From NCBI RefSeq assembly GCF_963921235.1, contig NC_086097.1, positions 134,356,001 to 134,420,000 on the forward strand: a stretch of DNA of 64,000 nucleotides, given 5' to 3'. Position 1 is the stretch's first letter. The number at the start of each line of letters is the position of its first letter. Positions 51,996-64,000 of the stretch are shown here, in pieces. The position numbers and the translations under genes were made by a program. The notes beneath the pieces were generated by a model, which did no database searches, had not been told where the DNA came from, and was given only the letters and a program-made list of their open reading frames with translations. The stretch is from Mobula hypostoma (taxonomy: Eukaryota).

Positions 51996-54525
51996 AAAAG
52001 AGGATTTTTTGTTCTTCTTTTAGTGACATTGGCTGGAAGAAAAATAAGCCTCAAGAACTTTGAACATTTCAATAAAATCTTTATTATCCATTGGAAAAGA
52101 CAGTAAAGATAACCTCCTCATGCAATGTTTCAGTAACTGTACTGGACTATACAGAAAGTTTTTACATAGCTGCAGTATGAGCATGATGAACTCTACAACC
52201 AGCTCTCCTACTTATACATATTTTCCAGATAAGACAGACCACTCATATCTCCATCAATCCCCAGAGAAATTCACACTCATCCAATTCTGACCACTTGACC
52301 TTCTATTAGCTTAAAGCATTCAACTCCGGCTCTATCATTAAACATGTACTATTACATCACTACTACTTCGCTATCCTTGAGAGGCTTCTTAAAACTTCTC
52401 ACATTGACCATGCTTTGGTTAGTTTTTTTTCATTATTTTGTGATCTGTGTATCAATAGCAAGGCCAGCATTTACTGTATTGCCTATTTTTCCTTATATGC
52501 ATGAGTCAAATTTTACTTGATAAGGTTCCTAATGAAGAACATTGCATGCTGAAGGTGTAATACAAATTGGAGTTCTTGTTGTTGTTGCTGCAGCACTAAA
52601 GGGGTAAGGTGCTCAGTTTTCACCAAGGTTATGGAGGCACCTTTGATATTCAAACTCTAACCTCGAAAACACCATTTAGCTTCAAGAATACAGGAACTTA
52701 TGCAGAACCTGTTTGGCGTTACAATCCCAGAATGACCTCTTGGGAACATTGCAGCAAGATTTTGTCAGATTTTTAGGATATCCTTTCATTCTTCCAAATG
52801 ATCTTTCATAATCCCTCCATATATGGCAGGGGATCATCTTAGTGTCCTTGTTAAGACAGCAAAGAATAGTTGGAGCCTTCAGCAGCTGAGCAACACTTAA
52901 AAGTGCTCAAATCCTGAAGAGAGTTTCGGTATCTTTTGTTTTTGTTTGATGATTTAAAGGAGGAGGAGAACACCAGATTCAGGAACAGCAATTTCACACA
53001 CCTCAACAATGAACTGATTCCACAACCTACGGACTCACTTTCTTTTATGTGCTCAACATTATTATTTATATTTTTTTATTGTTTTATTTTGTATTTGCAG
53101 TTTGTCTACTTTTACATATTGATTGTTTGTCAGTCTTTGTGTGTCACTTTTCATTGACTGTTGCATTTCTTTGTTCTGCTCTGAATGCCTACAAGAACAC
53201 GAATCTCAGGTGACATATACACACTTTGATAATACTTTTTGAACTTTTTGATTTCTTTCACAAACTTAAACTGAACAGAATGAAAACATAACTGCGCAGC
53301 TACAGGGCGTTCTGGTAAAAATAGGAAAAATACTGGCCCATTAGTGTGGGAGGTATAATTCTGTATGTCGCAATTAAAGTTAATTCTGAAGAGAGACAGG
53401 TACAGAATGGTTACTCATTAAAGTTGCTCAAGATCATATTTAATAAGCAAAGTTTTGGTTAGAGGAAAACATCAGATTTCAGGTAACTGGTTTTTTAGCT
53501 GAAGCTTCTACTGGAAATAAAGCCAAGTTCTGCCTTAAATTGGAATCACTGCCTAGCATTTGACTGTCCCACAGTAATGACATGCAGCACTTGGAAAAAT
53601 GTGAATTTAATGGGATTGAACAGTGCAATGGTACTCAGTAGAGAGAAACAGCAGGGCACTAAATACAGCTCCTTTAAAAACGTCTCCCGATACCAGGCAG
53701 ATGGATTTTGTTTTTAAAAGTTGTGTGAGCAATGGAATAATTCCAGTTTATAACACTCCCACATTATAAATGGCCTGCTTAACTTGCTCCCAAGAAGCAC
53801 ATTCTAACAACTGTCTACTTATGCATTTACAGAACAGGTGTTCTGATAAATGCTCTTTGTGGAAAAAATGTTGACTTATTTTAATTTAAGTGAACTGCAG
53901 AAATATTCCAAGCTATATTGCTGAATAAGTTAAGTTTTCTGCATTCTGAATTCTGTACTAGACCATTAAGTGGTTGTATTACAAAAGATCTCAAAGAATG
54001 CTATCAGATCTAGTGACCATCGCGATGCTGATTTCACACAGTCAAGTGTCAATCCTGGGGATCTCTGGCACCCAGTTACAATGATGTCATTAAGCCAGCC
54101 AAGCATTCAGCCATATTGATAACTCTCACAGAAAAATAAATACACTTACAAATCAAGATGTTAACCATTTCACATTGTCAACTTCATCACAGAAGATTGT
54201 GATGAAGTAGACAATTTCTATTTTAAAATCTATTAATTTAAAAAATATTAACCAAGGACCTTCATCCAGAATATGCCCTTTTCTCATTAGTACTACTGGG
54301 AAGGTGGTACAGGAGCCCAAAGGTGATGCTCGGTGACTCAGAAACAGTTTTTCCCCATCACCATCATATTTCTTAATGGTATACAAACGCTACCTTGTTA
54401 TTCCTTTCTTTGTGTATTATTTATTTATTTTTGTAATTTATAGTTATTTTCTGTATTTGTACTGTAGTACTACAGCAAAACAACCAATTTCATTTTATCT
54501 CAGTGATGTCTGATTTACAAATTAT

Positions 54526-55425
54526 CAACCACTCCATCAGTGTCCACATCCAACACATTATCCACCACAACTTCCACCATCTCCAAAGGGATACTGCCAC
54601 TAAACCTACCTTTACCTCCCGCCTCCGATTTCCGCAGAGATCAATCCCTCCACGATTCCCTTGTTCATTCGTTCCTTCCCACTAAACTCCCTCCAGGCAC
54701 TTATCCCTGCAAGCAGCCCAAGTGCTACACCTGCCCATACACCTCCTCCCTCACCTCCATTCAGGGTCCCAAATAGTCTTTCCAGGTGAGGCAACACATC
54801 ACCTGCAAATTTGCTGGGGTCATCTATCGTGTCCGATGCTCCTGATGAGGCCTCCTCTACATTGGTGAGCCCTATCATAAATTGGGAGATAGCTTTGTTG
54901 AGCACCTCTGCACCATCCACCACAAGCAGATTGTGGGCAGATTCTGGTGGGCAAACATTTTAATTCCCATTCCCATCTTGATGTGTCAGTCCATGGCCTC
55001 TTCCTGTGCCATGAGGGAAACCTCAGGGTGTAGGAACAACACCTTATATTCTGTCTGGGTACCCTCCAACCTGATGGTATGACTATCGGTTTCTCCTTCC
55101 GGTAAACAAATCACACCCCTCCCCCCCAATTCCCCACTCTGACCTCTTACGTCTTCTCATCCACCTATTACTTCCTTCTGTGTCCCCTCCTCCTTCCCTT
55201 TCTCCTGTAGTTCACTCTCCCCTCCTATCAGATACTTCCTCCTCCAGCCCTTTGCCTTTCACACCCACCTGGCTTCACCTATCGCCTTCCAGATAGCCTC
55301 TTTCCCCTCCCCCCCCCCACCTTTTCATTCCGGCATCTTTCCCCTTCCTTCTCAGTCCTGAAGAAGTGTCTTGGCCCAAGACATCTCCTCCAGCATTTTG
55401 TGTGTGTTGCTTGCATTTCCAGCAT
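54526..55425 (+). mobile_element. Penelope-like element 3' part (GIY-YIG endonuclease pseudogene and terminal repeat)
   Basis: FRRDQSLHDSLVHS..PCKQPKCYTC..GVIY.V.C..GLLYIGE. Degenerate hammerhead cagtcctgaagaagtgtcttggcccaagac at about 55353. Confidence 0.85.
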
Positions 55426-55479
55426 TGTCTGTGAAAGAAAAGCTGAAGTTTTTCTCTTTCTCTCCTTTATATCTGCTCA

Positions 55480-56765
55480 GCTAGGGCAGTATAGATGCAA
55501 GACAGGATAGTGAAATGCTCCTCTTGTGGGATGTGGGGTGGCAGAGAGACCTCTGGTGTTCCTGAAGACTATAGCTGCAGTTTCTAACAAACCATGTTAA
55601 GGAGTTGGAGCAGGAACTGAGTGAATTCCGGATCATTTGGGAGGCTGAAGGGGTGATAGACAGGACATATTGAGAGGTAGTTACACCCAAGGTGCTGCAC
55701 ACAAGAAACTGGGTGACAGTCAGGAAGGGGAAAGAAGTTAAGGTGCCAGTGCAGAATACTCCTGTGGATATCCTCCTCACCAATAGGTATAATTATGTTA
55801 TATGTCAATGATTTGGATGATGGAATTGATGACTTTGTTGAAAAGTTTGCAGACGATATGAAGATAGGTGGAGGTACAGGTAGTTTTGAGGCAGTAGAGA
55901 GGCGACAGGACTTAGACGGATTAGGAGAATGGGCAAAGAAATGACAGATGGAATACAGTGTTGTTAAGTGTAAGGTTATGCACTTTGGTAGAGGAAATGA
56001 AAGGGTTGACTATTTTCTAAATGAATAAAACATACAAAAAAACTGTGATGCAAAGGCACTTGGGAGTCCTTGTGCAGGATTCCCTAAAGGTTAATTTGCT
56101 GGTTGAGTCTGTCGTGAGGAAGGCAAATGCAATCTTAGCATTCATTTCAAGAGGACTAGAATATAAAAGCAAAAATATAATGTAGAAATTTTATAAAACC
56201 CTGGTGAGGCCTCACTTGTAGTATTGTGAGCAGTTTGGGGCCCCGTATCTTAGAAAGGATGTGCTGAAACTGGAGGGTTCAAAGGAGGTTCATGAAAATG
56301 ATTCCAGGATTGAATGGCTTGTCATATGAAAAGCATTTGATGGCTCTGGGCCTGTATTTGCAGGAATTCAGGAGAATGAAGGATGACCTCATTGAAAATC
56401 TATAGAAAGCTGAAAGGCCTTGATAGACTGGATGTGGTGAGGGTGTTTCCTACAGTGGGAGAGTCCAAGACCAGAGGACACAGCCTCAGAATAGAGGGGT
56501 GTCCTTTTAGAATGGAGATGAGGAGGAATTTCTTTAGCCAGGAAGTGGAGAATCTGTGGAATTGTTTGCCACAGGCAGCTGTGGAGGGCAAATCTTTATG
56601 TATATTTAAGGCAGTGGTTGATAGATTCTTGAGTTGTCAGGGCATGAGCGGAAATGGAAAGAAGGCAGGAGACTGGGGTTGACAGGAAAATTGGATCAGC
56701 CATGATGAAATGGTGGAGCAGACTCGATGAGCCAAATGGCCTAATTCGGCTCCTATATCTCCTAT
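55480..56765 (+). mobile_element. CR1: ORF1 5' part joined to the ORF2 3' part
   Basis: MQDRIVKCSSCGMW at about 55496; KFADDMKIG at about 55845; CR1 3' UTR to about 56765. Confidence 0.8.
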
Positions 56766-57864
56766 AGTCAGTATACTGATTTCTGAAGGTCACACTATAG
56801 TAGGCTGCACAACAGTGGACTCTGTGGGTGGATCGTGAATTACTGAAAGGAACTCCTGGATTTCCCCATTCATCTGTACAAACATCAGAGGTTGCTGACA
56901 GAATTCTTTTATAATAACCAAGAGTGCTTTATTCCTTACTGCTATTTTCATAGTAAAATCTGAGCAATTAAGTGTGTTATATTCAAATTGTCTGAAGAAA
57001 AAGAAAATCTACACTTAAAATAACGCAGTTGCTGTGTTTGTTTCTCAATGACTGAGTTACAAAGTCTCCCATTCCAAATGGAGTACCTGGCATTCAGTTT
57101 TGAAAAGTGGTTTCACTAGCCTGGTCTATTCAGAGTCCATGTTACCTTGAACCCAGGTATCACTTCACACTTTGAGAAAACATCATCCATCAAGATAATC
57201 CTTAACAATCCCTGAGCATTGGAAGAAAAACTACTAGCATTACAAGCAGACTGATGGCCCGAACTCTGCACGATAACATCCAGCATCTTCCATGTGGGAA
57301 AACAAAACTGTGAAGAGTAAGGTTTGAAACTCAAATAGTTATTGTTAAAACAGAAATCAAGGTTCAAGAAACAAATGCAAGATGAGACTGATGGCAGTAT
57401 CACATAGCGAATGCTTCACTCAGTGATAAAGATCTAATAATTAATATGCCTTGTGTCAAGAACAAATTATGGGTCTTTCTCACTAGCAAAACAAACCCAA
57501 CATTGTATCACTTCTGGCACAAAAGCATATTTTTAACATTCACTTCAATAAGAGCACTTTCTTGGCACACATAAATACTTTGTTCATATAATTAATATTG
57601 TCAAAAAAACAATTCATTTATAATTCACATAAATTAAATTTGAATCTTACTCATTGATATCTGTAAAATCCTCTATCAGCTCAAAAAGTGAGCTACTGGT
57701 TTGAGCAAGATACGGTCTGAATGTTATTTGCTTTCTTTTACTGTTTGCATGATTTGTCTTTTTTTTTACCTGTACATTGGGTGTTTGATGATCGTTTTTA
57801 AGTGGCTTCTTTTGGGTTTCTTTATTTTGTAGCTGCCTGAGGAGACGAATCTCAAGGTCGTATA

Positions 57865-59466
57865 CAGTGGCATGCAAAAGTTTGGGCACCCCTGGTCAAA
57901 ATTTCTGTTACTGTGAATAACTAAGCGAGTAAAAGACGACCTGATTTCCAAAAGGCATAAAGTTAAAGATGACACATTTCTTTAATATTTTAAGCAAGAT
58001 TACTTTTTTATTTCCATCTTTTACAGTTTCAAAATAACAAAAAAGGAAAAGGGCCCAAAGCAAAAGTCCCTGCATGGTCAGTACTTAGTAACACCCCCTT
58101 TGGCAAGTATCACAGCTTGTAAACGCTTTCTGTACCCAGCTAAGAGTCTTTCAATTCTTGTTTGGGTTTTTTTTGCCATTCTTCCCTGCAAAAGGCTTCT
58201 AGTTCTGTGAGATTCTTGGGCTGTCTTGCATGCACTGCTCTTTTGAGGTCTATCTACAGATCTTTGATGATGTTTAGGTCGAGGGACTGTGAGGGCCATG
58301 GCAAAACCTTCAGCTTGTGCCTCTTGAGGTAGTCCATTGTGGATTTTGAGGTGTGTTTAGGATCATTATCCTGTTGTAGAAGCCATCCCCTTTTCATCTT
58401 CAGCTTTTTTACAGATGGTGTGATGTTTGCTTCCAGAATTTGCTGGTATCTAATTAAATTCATTCTTCCCTCTAGCAGTGAAATGTTCCCCATGCCACTG
58501 GCTGCAGCACAAGCCCAAAGCATGATTGATCCACCCCCGTGCTTAACAGTTGGAGAGGTGTTCTTTTCATGAAATTCTGCACCCTTTTTTCTCCAAACAT
58601 ACCTTTGCTCATTGCAGCCAAAAAGTTCTATTTTAACTTGATCAGTCCACAGGACTTGTTTCCAAAATGCATCAGGCTTGTTTAGATATTCCTTTGCAAA
58701 CTTCTGATGCTGAATTTTGTGGTGAGGATGCAGGAAAGGTTTTCTTCTGATGATTCTTCCATGATGGTCATATTTGTGCAGGTGTTGCTGCACAGTAGAA
58801 CAGTGCACCACCACTCCAGAGTCTGCTAAATCTTCCTGAAGGTCTTTTGCAGTCAAACGGGAGTTTTGATTTGCCTTTTTAGCAATCCTATGAGCAGTTC
58901 TCCTGGAAAGTTTTCTTGGTCTTCCAGATATCAACTTGACCTCCACTGTTCCTGTTAACTCTCACTTCTTAATTACATTACAAACCGAGGAAACGGCTAC
59001 CTGATTACGCTTTGCTATCTTCTTATAGCCTTCTCCTGCATTGTGGGCATCATTTATTTTAATTTTCAGAGTGTTAGGCAGCTGCTTAGAGGAGTCCATG
59101 GCTGCTGATTGGAGGGACAAGGTTTGAGGAGTCAGGGTATTTATAAAACTTTGAAATTTGCATCACCTGGCCTTTCCTAACGATAACTGTGAACAAGCCA
59201 TAGCCCTAACAAGCTAATTAAGGTCTGAGACCTTGGTAAAAGTTATCTGGGAGCTCAAATCTCTTGGGGTGCCCAAACTTTTGCACGGTACTCCTTTCTT
59301 TCCTTTCACTCTAAAATTGTACAAAACAAAAATAATACACTAATCTTGCTTAAAATGTTGTAAAGAATGTTTCATCTTTAACTTTATGACTTTTGGAGAT
59401 CAGTTCATCTTCTACTCACTTAACTAGTCACAGCAATTTTGACCAGGGGTGCCCAAACTTTTGCAT
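57865..59466 (-). mobile_element. Tc1/mariner (IR/DR) transposon with disrupted transposase, inserted into a Rex1 3' tail
   Basis: TA|cagtggcatgcaaaagtttgggcacccctggtc ... gaccaggggtgcccaaacttttgcat. Inner DR at about 59266. ORF 58254-58946 contains GRPRK, WTDQ, VKHGGGSIMLW, QDNDPKH and WPSQSLDLNII. Confidence 0.93.
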
Positions 59467-60229
59467 TACATAAATACTTTGATAATAAATGTACTTTGAA
59501 CAAGTGGCATGGTTTGAAAGCCTGATGTGTGCTCTTGTACAATGTTTTTCTGGAACTGCTGGGGCTGCTTCTGACTCACCCAGAGTTTCTTAAAAATATA
59601 GGGGCTGTTTGGTCCCTTTCAAGGCTTTACAACCAAGGAAAACCTCTAAAGCGTAGTCATTATTGAAACATAATTATCATAGTGGCAAGTTACAAGCAGT
59701 AAATGTCTATAAAGAGGGGAAAGGAGGAGAAAAGATTTCAAGGTGATTGGTGCACTAAGGAGGAGTGTAAAATGACAGGCAGGGTATACAAGGCAAATCC
59801 ACCATTCACCCTAGAATCATTTTATGCCAGTCCCCTCCTCCCTATTGTATTGGCCATCTCTCCTCTCTACTCTCAGTCCTGTTGCAGGGTTTTGACCTGA
59901 AATCTTCACAATTCCCTTCCACCCAGAGACGCTGCTCAACCTGCTGCGTTCATCCAGCAGATTGTTTTTTGTTCTAAATTCCAGCACATGCCTCCAGTCT
60001 AAAATGGTGGCTCAGATATAAAGCCTAAGATGATGCCGATAAGTGGGGACTCTTTGTGTGCAGCTCTGATGGAATTCATCAAATATTCCCATTTAGGACT
60101 GCTACAGCTGAAATCCACAGTCACAGACACAGGTACTGCAGGAAGCACTATCGTTTTAAGGCATTTACAAAAATTCTAGCAATCCTCAAAATCGCTGGAC
60201 TCTGGATGGCAAACTTCCCTTTAAGAAAA

Positions 60230-63200
60230 GAGAAGTGCGGAAAGCATGCTGGGCTACACATACAATCGAAATGCAGAAGCCTCAGACACTTCACTCCCGA
60301 CTATACTGCTGGCGAATGTACAGTCTCTGGAAAATAAAACTGAAGACCTCAGAGCAAGATTGCAGTACCAGATAGACACAGGAGATTGCTGTGTACTTTG
60401 CTTCTCGGAAACATGGCTCACCCCTGCCATTTCAGACACAGTGCTGCAGCCCAAGGGTTTCACCATTCACTGCAATGACAGGACATCTGAGTCTTTTAAA
60501 GGTAGAGAAGGTTGAGTACGCTTCATGATTAACTCATCATGGTGCACAGACGTGGTTCTGTCTTAATCCTGCTCACCCGACCTGGAACATCTAGCAGTTA
60601 AGTGTTGTCCATTTTTCTGCAAAAGGAGTTTTCTATTGTTACCCTGGTAACAGTGTATATTCTATCTCGAGCCAACATCACTCAGGCATTGGAGGAGCTG
60701 AACACCATGATCAACAGTCACAAAACAGCACACCTTGTTTCCTTCCGCATCATTGTGGGGGATTTCAACCTGGCCAGCTTGAAGAAGTCTCTGAACAACT
60801 ACCACCAACAAATCACCTGTGGAACCAGAGAAGCCAACACACTTGACCACTGTTATAGCACCATCAAGAACACTTACCATGCCATCACAAAGTCATGCGT
60901 TGGAAAGTCCAATCACCTAGCTGTACTTCTACTCCCAGCATATACGCAGTGACTAAAGACCACAGCACCAGTGGTGAGGACCTATGAGGTATGGTTAAGG
61001 GAGTCAGGTGGACACTTACAAGACTGCTTTGAGATTGTGAATTAGATAATATTCAAGGATTCACCTTCAAGTCTGAATGAATATGCCACCATTGTCACTG
61101 ACTTCATTAATACCTGTGTGAATGACTATGCACTTTCGAGAACATACTGAACACACCCAAGCCAAAAGCCGTGGATGAACCAGATTTATAGACCGCTGAG
61201 GGCCAAATCTGTAGCATTCAAGATCAGTGATCCAGAACTATACGGAAAATCCAGATACAACTAACGCAAGGCTATTTTAGAAGTGAGAAAATAATTCCAG
61301 TTGAAGTTAGAGACAGAATCGAATGTATGACAGCTCTAGCAGTGTTTACAGGCCATTACTTCCAACAAGGCAAACCCTAACATTCAAGATTGCTTAATAT
61401 CATTTCCTATACATGAGTGTAAAGGAGAATGAAATAATTGTTACTCTGGATCTGATGCAAAACAAAAAAAACACTAAAAGATAAAGAACAGAATAATAAT
61501 AATAATTTAAAAACACAATAAATATAAATACATAAGATAGCTTGTATACATAGACTGATTGTATGTCCGTAAATTGATGCTAGGCACAGGAAAGTCTGTC
61601 AATAAGGTGACTGACAGGAAATAATACGTTGTGGTGGTTGGAGTGTGAGGGGGGCAATGGGGTAGGTGGGTTAGTGGGGCATGAATAGCTGTGATGCTTC
61701 ACTTCCAGAGGCGCTCATCGCCTGTTAGGCATGCCTTGAAAGAGGGAATAAAACTTCACTTGTGTGAATCCTTGCAGCATCTGGCGATCGTGATCTCAGT
61801 CTCGGAGTCTGATGGTGTACCTTGTAGGCCTCTGAAAACTTATGCCAACCAACTATCAGGAGTGTTCAAGGACATCTTCAGTTTCTCACTGCTGCAGTCA
61901 AGAGTTTCTTACCTGCTTCAAAAGAGTAAATATCATGCCCAAGAAGAGCAGGGTGAGCTCCCTCAATGACTATCACCCAGTTGTACTCACATCTACTGTC
62001 ATGAAGTGCTTTGAAAGGTTGGTCATGGCCAGGATTAACTCCTGTCTAAGCATGGACCTGGGCCCGCTGCAATTTTCCTGTCGCTGCAATAGGTCTATAA
62101 TGAACGCAATCTCACTGGCTTTCCACTCGGCCTTAGATCACCTGGATAATAATAATACCTACCTCAGGCTTTTGTATGTTGATTACAGCTCAGCGTTCAA
62201 CACCACCATACCTTCAATACTAATCAACATGCTCCAAAACCTGGGCCTCTATATCTCCCTCTGCAGGAGACCACAGTAAGTGCAAGATCAAAAATAACAT
62301 CTCATTGAAATCAACACTTGCACACCTCAAGCTTATGTAGTTAGTCCACTGTTCCACTCTCTACACACACATCTGTGTGGCTAGGCACATTCAAACAGCA
62401 TCTATAAATTAGCCAATGACACAACAATTGTTGACAGAATTCTAGATGGCGACGAGGAGCCAAACAGGAGGGAGAGAGATCAGCTGGCTGATTCGTGTCG
62501 CAACAGCAACCTTGCATTCAACGTCAGTTAGACCAAGGAATTGATTGTGGACTTCAGGAAGGGGAAGTCAAGTGAACACACACCAGTCCTCCTCGAGGGA
62601 TCAGCAGTGGAAAGGGTGAGCAGTTTCAATTTCCTGGGTGTTAACTTCTCTGAAGCTCTAACCTGGCCCCAACATTTTGATGCAATTATGAAGAAGACAT
62701 GTTAGCAGCTATATTTCATGAGGAGTTTGGTATGACATCAAAAACTCCTGCAAATTTCTACAGATGTACCGTGGATAGCATTGTAACTGGTTACATGACA
62801 GTCTCATATGGAGGGGCAACTGCACAGAATCAGAAAAAGCTGAAAAAAATTCCAAACTCAGCCAGCTCCATTATGGGTATTAGCCTCCCCAACATCCAAG
62901 ACACTTAAAAAAGACGATCACTAAGAACCCCATCACCCAGGACATGCCCTCTTCTCATTGCTACCATAAAGGAGGAGGTACAGGACCCTAAATGAACAAT
63001 AAAGCCATGAACACCACCTCAAACAAGAGAAAATCTGCAGATGCTGGAAATGACAAAATGCTGGAGGAACTCAGCAGGCAAGGGAGCATCGAAGGAAAGG
63101 AGTAAACAGTCAACCCTTCATCAGGACGGATGGAGGGTCTCAGGCCAAATCATCAACTGTTTACTTTTTTCCATAAGTGCTGCCTGGCCTGCTGAGTTCC

Positions 63201-63387
63201 TCCAGCATTTTGTGTGTTTTGCACCACCTCCATATTTTTGTTCTCTTTTTGCACTACTTACTAAATTAATTTTTTAAAACTGCTGAAACTTATATATATT
63301 TTAAAATATTATGTATTGCACTGTAAAGCTGCCACAAAACAAATTTCACACATACGCCAGTGATATTAAACATGATTGTGATTCTGA
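60230..63387 (+). mobile_element. Near-full-length decayed Rex1/Babar LINE with nested insertions (about 61383-61680 and 63022-63222)
   Basis: APE ANVQSLENK..CFSETWL, GDFN, LDHCY, SNHLAV; RT LNDYHPVVLTSTVMKCFERLV, YVDYSSAFN; tail gattgtgattctga. Confidence 0.87.
63022..63222. mobile_element. Penelope-derived palindromic mini-element
   Basis: caaaatgctggaggaactcagcaggc...gcctgctgagttcctccagcattttg, with CTGATGA on the minus strand at the centre. Confidence 0.75.
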
Positions 63388-64000
63388 AACTCCAGGTTAC
63401 ACAGTGCGCCTGACAATGAACCGCAAGTAAAAATTTATACACAAGGCGAATGGCCACTCATTTTGTAAAATGTTCTGCTGAAATACTATAATACAAATTG
63501 AAACAGCTGCAAAACAAAGCTCTCCCTCAAGGTTTTACAATTCAAGAATAAAGATTATGGTGAAAAGAATGCGCTCCAAAAAGCATGTAACAAGTTCCTT
63601 CTTAAATGTCCAATAACTTTTCTCATTTTACATTCAATTTGTAACATTCACATGGACACACACAAAATACACTTTAATTACCAGGGTTTCAGACTGAAGC
63701 TGTTACTAAATCCCTCTATGTAACTGGAATAAATATTCACAGACAGTATACTTTGTGCAGCTAAAATAAATTTAAGTCAATATCTTTGCAAAGTCAATTT
63801 CAGAAGTCAATCAGTACATCTGAATTCACTAAATTAGAATTGAAATAATTTTATGCTATAAAAGGATATGTAACAGAAGTATAATTTTTTCAATTACATA
63901 TAATTTGTGAATATGTCAGTAAGAATATGTCAGACTATGATGAAGAAATGATGTGTATATTAATCTTTGCTGACCTATGGAAATATTTTGATTTTCCATC

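Noticed and set aside
1..64000. CRISPR arrays, rRNA, genuine tRNA genes or prokaryotic systems
   Set aside because: None seen; tRNA-like stretches are decayed SINE heads.

Overview
Vertebrate genomic DNA. The repeat repertoire (abundant CR1, Rex1/Babar, Penelope-type hairpins, V-SINE and Deu-SINE relics, IR/DR Tc1) suggests a cartilaginous fish, probably a ray; this is an inference. The whole window appears to be intronic sequence of a minus-strand ZNF407 gene, and only one coding exon is visible (22826-23004). Roughly half of the window is retrotransposon or DNA-transposon sequence of mixed age. The most unusual structure is a decayed HERO/NeSL-type restriction-like-endonuclease non-LTR retrotransposon (6838-10901, minus). 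It is flanked by a ~172-bp direct duplication, and its 3' UTR carries a hammerhead-like core arranged in a non-canonical, pseudoknotted strand order. Two LINEs from different clades (RTE, Rex1) show twin-priming-type 5' inversions. Repeat boundaries are read by eye and are approximate unless a TSD or TIR is quoted.
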